A stretch of 64,000 nucleotides of DNA from a virus (Duplodnaviria; Caudoviricetes), in IMG/VR virus record IMGVR_UViG_3300032332_002377; one strand, written 5' to 3'. A model generated the notes under the pieces. The model ran no database searches. It was not told where the DNA came from and worked only from the letters and a program-made list of their open reading frames with translations. A program made the position numbers and the translations under genes. Of this stretch, positions 59,496 to 64,000 are shown in pieces (position 1 is the stretch's first letter; each line of letters begins with the position of its first letter).

Positions 59496-60140
59496 ATGAA
59501 TAAAAAAGTATATATTGAAGCAGGAGCAGTAGACGGCGATTTTCAATCTCGCTCTCTCTGCTTTAAAAATAATCCTGATTATTTTGGTATTTTGATTGAA
59601 CCAGATATAAGGTGCATTGATAGCCTAAAGAGAAATAGGCAAAATGAAAATACACTTATAATTAATGCAGCACTAGTTCCCTTCTCTTATACAGAAAACG
59701 ATATAGCTATACACCTGCACAGCTTACCTGCTTGTAACAGTACAAGCTTATGCAAAGAAGAAAGAAAAACTGATCAATGGAACAGCTTTGTACAAACAGT
59801 AAAAGTCAAAGCATTAACACTTCAATCTATTTTAGATGAAAACAAAATTATAGAAATTGAAAATCTTTTTCTCGATACAGAAGGGTTTGAAGAAGAGATA
59901 ATTAACGGTATAGACCACACACGTGTAAAAATTAATAATGCTGAAATTGAGATGCACGGGACAATTTGGCCGGAGCATTTAAAACAAGGCGTAAATACAT
60001 TCGTACCTCTGATGAAAGATAGGTTTGGTTTGAATTTAACCAACATAATTCATGAGGGCTGCCCCAAGCTTGTCTTCAGCCATGAATTATCACAACACAG
60101 CTCTGAATACTTTATTAAGATAAAATACAATGATTCATGA
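59496..60140 (+). CDS. FkbM-family SAM methyltransferase
   Basis: IEAGAVDG, LIEP, LDTEGFE. Confidence 0.85.
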   Translation: MNKKVYIEAGAVDGDFQSRSLCFKNNPDYFGILIEPDIRCIDSLKRNRQNENTLIINAALVPFSYTENDIAIHLHSLPACNSTSLCKEERKTDQWNSFVQTVKVKALTLQSILDENKIIEIENLFLDTEGFEEEIINGIDHTRVKINNAEIEMHGTIWPEHLKQGVNTFVPLMKDRFGLNLTNIIHEGCPKLVFSHELSQHSSEYFIKIKYNDS

Positions 60141-60789
60141 TATAGCAGATATTATTAATAAATGGAAGCATGGTAGTATTAAAAAATACGAAGATACAAC
60201 ACTTTGTACTATATTAAAGCAATATGGAAGTGATAAAAAAGATCTCAAGATACAGGATGGTCATAATTATTCTAATTTATATTTTGAAATTTTTACCCCA
60301 ATAAAGCATCTTCAATTGAACATTCTAGAATTAGGTATGGGTACTAATAACCCTAATATTCCTTCTACTATGGGTATAAACGGAAACCCCGGTGCATCAT
60401 TATTTGCGTGGGAACATTTTTTTCCAAACTCAAATATTTTTGGTGCAGATATAGATAAAGATATTTTATTTAATAAAGGAAGAATTAAAACGTTTTATTG
60501 TGATCAAACAGATGCTGATAGTGTTAACAAGTTATGGGATTCTATAAACCAGCAAATGCATATTATTATAGAAGACGGTCTACATGAATATGAAGCAAAC
60601 ATTTGTTTTCTAGAAAATTCCCTACCTAATCTAGCAAGCACAGGAATTTATTTTGCAGAAGATCTCCCCTCCAATGCACCTGAGGGACTTAGTCTGTTGA
60701 GAGAAAATTTTATGAAAAAATATAATCTTCAAACATTTGAAGTTATTCAAATGAATAAATCACCATTACTTATAATACAAAAAAAATAA
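60130..60789 (+). CDS. Class I SAM sugar O-methyltransferase (MycE/TylE-like)
   Basis: YGSDK, HNY, ILELG, GADID, DQ, IIIEDGLH, ED. Confidence 0.8.
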   Translation: MIHDIADIINKWKHGSIKKYEDTTLCTILKQYGSDKKDLKIQDGHNYSNLYFEIFTPIKHLQLNILELGMGTNNPNIPSTMGINGNPGASLFAWEHFFPNSNIFGADIDKDILFNKGRIKTFYCDQTDADSVNKLWDSINQQMHIIIEDGLHEYEANICFLENSLPNLASTGIYFAEDLPSNAPEGLSLLRENFMKKYNLQTFEVIQMNKSPLLIIQKK

Positions 60790-60790
60790 A

Positions 60791-61561
60791 ATGAAAATAG
60801 AAGAAATTACAATTTGCTTACACTGTGGTTGCTCTAAAGATGTGGTTGCTAGACAGATGTCTTTATTAAAACCTCTAGAAGATAAAATTAAAGTCATATG
60901 GAATAATAGAATAGATAGATTCCCATACGCATACCCTTCTTACTCACAGCTCATTAACCATTCAATAGCCACAAGCCCTACAGAATTCATTTTATTGCTT
61001 AATGATAGAACAATACCTACAGTAGCCGAAGTTGAGAAAATTATCAATCATCTTGAAACTGGGTTTTGTTGTTCATTCATTTATAATGTTGGTTTCATGG
61101 GGTTTTCAAAGGAATTAGTTCGCACTATAGGATGGTGGGATGAAAGATTCTTAAATGGTGGGTGGGAAGATAGAGATTGGGTGTATAGAATTAGAATGGC
61201 TGATTTAGCGTTATATGAAAGTCTAGAAGGTACATATGAAACTCACTGGAAATCACCTTTACAAATTGCAGATTGCTGCGCAAAATCCACACCCTTTTGG
61301 AATGCAAAATATGATCAGGGCCCAAAAAGCGATGATTGGGACAGTGGCAGCGGTCCTATTATTTATAAAAAAATAAAAGAAGAAACATACCCACACTGGA
61401 ATAATACACTAGGAGCTCCTAGACCTGATATAAGAGACTCTTGGAAAAAATGGAGTGACTCCGTTCTTAATATACGCTATGCAGGTACAGAGAATCCCAA
61501 TGGTGGCCCTTCTGCCTCTGGAATGATAAGAGACAGAGCTATAATAGAAAAATATGAGTAA
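60791..61561 (+). CDS. Glycosyltransferase (GT2/GT7 C-terminal-like)
   Basis: IGWWDERF..GGWEDRD. Confidence 0.7.
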   Translation: MKIEEITICLHCGCSKDVVARQMSLLKPLEDKIKVIWNNRIDRFPYAYPSYSQLINHSIATSPTEFILLLNDRTIPTVAEVEKIINHLETGFCCSFIYNVGFMGFSKELVRTIGWWDERFLNGGWEDRDWVYRIRMADLALYESLEGTYETHWKSPLQIADCCAKSTPFWNAKYDQGPKSDDWDSGSGPIIYKKIKEETYPHWNNTLGAPRPDIRDSWKKWSDSVLNIRYAGTENPNGGPSASGMIRDRAIIEKYE

Positions 61562-62504
61562 GAGAGTATTAATAACAGGTGGATGTGGATTCTTAGGCAC
61601 CTATGCTATAGAGAAGTATAAAAAAGAAAATTATGATGTAACAGTTATAGATAACTTTATTTCCGCAGCTGTACGTAACAGCGATTCAGTTTTAAACGGT
61701 GTGGAGTTGGTTCAAGATGATGTTTTAAATTATAAGTGGTCAACAAAGAAATATGATCTTATAGTTCATCTCGCTAGCCCTGTAGGTCCTGCTGGGATCT
61801 TAAAGCACGCTGGTAAAATGGCTAACTACATACTCAATGATATTTACTGGGCTATAGAAGGCGCAAAAATAAACAAATGCCCTGTAATCTTTATAAGCAC
61901 CTCAGAGATTTATGGTTATAGAGAAACACCAGTAGAGCTAGTAGAGGATGATCATAAATTGCTTGTTGGGTCTTTTAAAGTAAGAAATGAATATAGTATC
62001 TCAAAATTATTAGCTGAAATTGTTTTGAGCAATACTGCTAAAGTAGAAAAGATTAATTACCAGATAATTAGACCGTTTAATATTAGCGGTGCAAGGCAAC
62101 TTAAAGATGGTGGATTTGTTCTGCCTACTTTTGTAACTCAAGCGCTTAGTAATAAGGACATTACAGTCTTTGGCGATGGGTCTCAGGTTCGCGCTTTTAC
62201 TCATGCTAAAGATATTATAGAAGGAATGTACTTAACGAGCATCACTGATAAAATGAATGAAATATGGAATATAGGAAATTCAGAAAATAAATGTACTATA
62301 ATGGAAATGGCGAAAATGGCCAAGCAAATGACCAATTCTCTTTCTAAAATTACCTGTGTTGATCCAAAAACAATTCACGGTCCTCTTTATGAAGAAGCAT
62401 GGGATAAAATTCCTAATGCTAACAAAATTAAAACATTACTTGGATGGCAACCAAAATACAATATTGATTACATCGTAAATGATGTTATAAATTACTATAA
62501 ATGA
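61554..62504 (+). CDS. NAD-dependent NDP-sugar epimerase/dehydratase (UDP-glucuronate decarboxylase-like)
   Basis: TGGCGFLG, HLASP, STSEIYG, YSISK, RPFN, GDGSQVRAF. Confidence 0.88.
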   Translation: MSKRVLITGGCGFLGTYAIEKYKKENYDVTVIDNFISAAVRNSDSVLNGVELVQDDVLNYKWSTKKYDLIVHLASPVGPAGILKHAGKMANYILNDIYWAIEGAKINKCPVIFISTSEIYGYRETPVELVEDDHKLLVGSFKVRNEYSISKLLAEIVLSNTAKVEKINYQIIRPFNISGARQLKDGGFVLPTFVTQALSNKDITVFGDGSQVRAFTHAKDIIEGMYLTSITDKMNEIWNIGNSENKCTIMEMAKMAKQMTNSLSKITCVDPKTIHGPLYEEAWDKIPNANKIKTLLGWQPKYNIDYIVNDVINYYK

Positions 62505-63232
62505 AAAAAATTGGTATTATAGGCTACGGTGAAATAGGCTCATCCCTTGAAAAAGTATATTTGGGCAAAGAATTTGATATACGCATACGTGATCTAAATA
62601 GAGACGATAATTTAAAAAGAGCAGAAGTACTTAACATATGTATCCCCTATAATAAAGAATTTGTTAGCAGTGTTACAAGCTACATAAAAGAACTTGACCC
62701 TAAGCTCACCATTATACACTCAACTATCGTACCAGGGACTACAGAAAAAATATCTTTACTTTCAGACTATAATTATATTGTGCACAGTCCTGTAAGAGGT
62801 GTACATCCAAAATTATACGAGGGGCTAAAAACATTTGTAAAATATATTGGTGCTGATAATACAGCTTCTAAAGATTTAATTTGCAATCATTATGATGAAA
62901 TAGGTATAAAGTATGAAGTTTTTAAAAACTCAAAGTCTACTGAATTAGCAAAAATTCTCTGCACTACTTACTACGGTCTTTGTATTGCTTGGCATGATGA
63001 TGTCAACACATTATGTCAAAAATATGATGTGCCGTTTGAAGAAGTTATGACCAAGTGGAATACAACCTATAATGAAGGTTATGAAAAACTCGGAATGAAG
63101 AATGTTACCAGACCTGTTTTATATCCTCCTGCAGGCAGAATAATTGGTGGTCATTGTGTTATTCCAAACACAAAACTTTGCATGGAATTTTTTGAGAGCT
63201 ATGCTCTGGATTATATTTATAGATTAAAATAG
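62501..63232 (+). CDS. UDP-glucose/GDP-mannose dehydrogenase-family protein, short form
   Basis: GYGEIG, STIVPGTT, ELAK, IGGHCV; only 243 aa. Confidence 0.75.
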   Translation: MKKIGIIGYGEIGSSLEKVYLGKEFDIRIRDLNRDDNLKRAEVLNICIPYNKEFVSSVTSYIKELDPKLTIIHSTIVPGTTEKISLLSDYNYIVHSPVRGVHPKLYEGLKTFVKYIGADNTASKDLICNHYDEIGIKYEVFKNSKSTELAKILCTTYYGLCIAWHDDVNTLCQKYDVPFEEVMTKWNTTYNEGYEKLGMKNVTRPVLYPPAGRIIGGHCVIPNTKLCMEFFESYALDYIYRLK

Positions 63233-63266
63233 TTGAAAACTGTTAAACATCTACTATTATTAAAGC

Positions 63267-63851
63267 ATGATTATTAACCAAAAAGTTTACGACGGCAAGC
63301 TACTACATTCTCGTTTTGCATATACCTTTTTTCGCAATAAGACACTACCCATTGGTAATATTGTTGCATTTCGTGCACCTATGCATGTAGAAGCAGAAGG
63401 CATGATTGATAGTGAGGATGTGCTTAATAACGACTACATCTACAGTCAAGATGCAATAAATTTCTTGTGGGAAATACCTAATTTAGATGCATTTGGCGCT
63501 GTTGCATACCAGAGGCTCCTGAACACGCAGATTGCTAATATTCTTAGCACACAATATCTTAAAGCCCCTATTGAAGTTGATGGTGATGATCTAATTGTGC
63601 ATAAAGAACATACACAAGGGGGTATTACTCAGACCAAAGGTAAATGCAGCGTTAGTATTACATATACTAAAAATAATGTCGCGCTTGGTCATACCGGTAT
63701 TAATATTACTGCAGGTAAAAAGGCACCAGCATTTGCCTATTCAACTAATTTATCTGATGAACAAGCAATACAATTCATGAATACTGTTATAGAACTTTTC
63801 TATACAATGAATGATGATATCTTTATTGCTACATCAAAAGTAATTAGTTAG
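63267..63851 (+). CDS. DUF366-family protein (biotin/lipoate ligase-like fold)
   Basis: YDG..L.SRFAY, MID.ED, YQRL, DGDDL, KCSVSI, HTGINI. Confidence 0.75.
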   Translation: MIINQKVYDGKLLHSRFAYTFFRNKTLPIGNIVAFRAPMHVEAEGMIDSEDVLNNDYIYSQDAINFLWEIPNLDAFGAVAYQRLLNTQIANILSTQYLKAPIEVDGDDLIVHKEHTQGGITQTKGKCSVSITYTKNNVALGHTGINITAGKKAPAFAYSTNLSDEQAIQFMNTVIELFYTMNDDIFIATSKVIS

Positions 63852-64000
63852 TGAATATATTTGATATTATTGCAGATATTCTCTTTCTCAAGAAAAGAAA
63901 GACAATTGCTAATATTGATAATGAAACTTCATTTTCACCTTTTATGCTTAATAGATGGATAAGCATGTACTCTAACACACTTGCTCTCAAATGTAACCTA
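63851..64000 (+). CDS. Probable clamp-loader small subunit (gp62-like), truncated by window end
   Basis: GTG 63851: MNIFDIIADIL...FSPFMLNRWISM, similar to the gp62 PF..NR.LS motif. Confidence 0.55.
   Translation, partial: MNIFDIIADILFLKKRKTIANIDNETSFSPFMLNRWISMYSNTLALKCNL

Noticed and set aside
49248-63232. NCLDV or host-chromosome origin of the glycan island or whole window
   Set aside because: Flanking genes are T4-like and the island uses the same 16-bp-spacer promoters and AT-rich composition as the replication genes.
1-64000. Stop-codon reassignment, CRISPR arrays, tRNA genes, long repeats
   Set aside because: Core genes are intact in the standard code and all three stops are used. 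Intergenic gaps are mostly under 60 bp, and no repeat-spacer or cloverleaf pattern was seen by eye; tRNAscan-SE and a CRISPR finder would confirm.

Overview
This window is a gene-dense, AT-rich segment of a large T4-like myophage genome in the standard genetic code. I found no tRNA, rRNA, CRISPR array, intron or intein. It holds five blocks. (1) Morphogenesis genes: baseplate-like genes, tail tube, tail sheath, terminase large subunit and a gp14-like neck protein. (2) A T4-type replication/recombination set: primase, clamp, SSB, loader, helicase, UvsX, PolB, gp46/47, gp55 late sigma, UvsW and UvsY, with ribosomal protein bS21 embedded. (3) A dispersed 7-deazaguanine pathway (FolE, QueD, QueE, QueC, a stand-alone Gat) with no recognisable DpdA in the window. 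(4) About 17 late proteins that share a T4 internal-protein-like N-terminal capsid-targeting peptide, including a four-gene module with a PD-(D/E)xK nuclease, a ligase-fold nucleotidyltransferase and a HIGH-motif nucleotidyltransferase. (5) A ~14-kb, 18-gene glycan biosynthesis island with eukaryote/NCLDV-type GT families. The intergenic DNA shows a two-class promoter code: TTGAnn-16 bp-TAnnnT before replication/metabolic genes and TAAATA before late genes. Both usually sit 5-7 nt before the start codon, implying largely leaderless mRNAs. All protein calls rest on motif recognition; no database searches were run.
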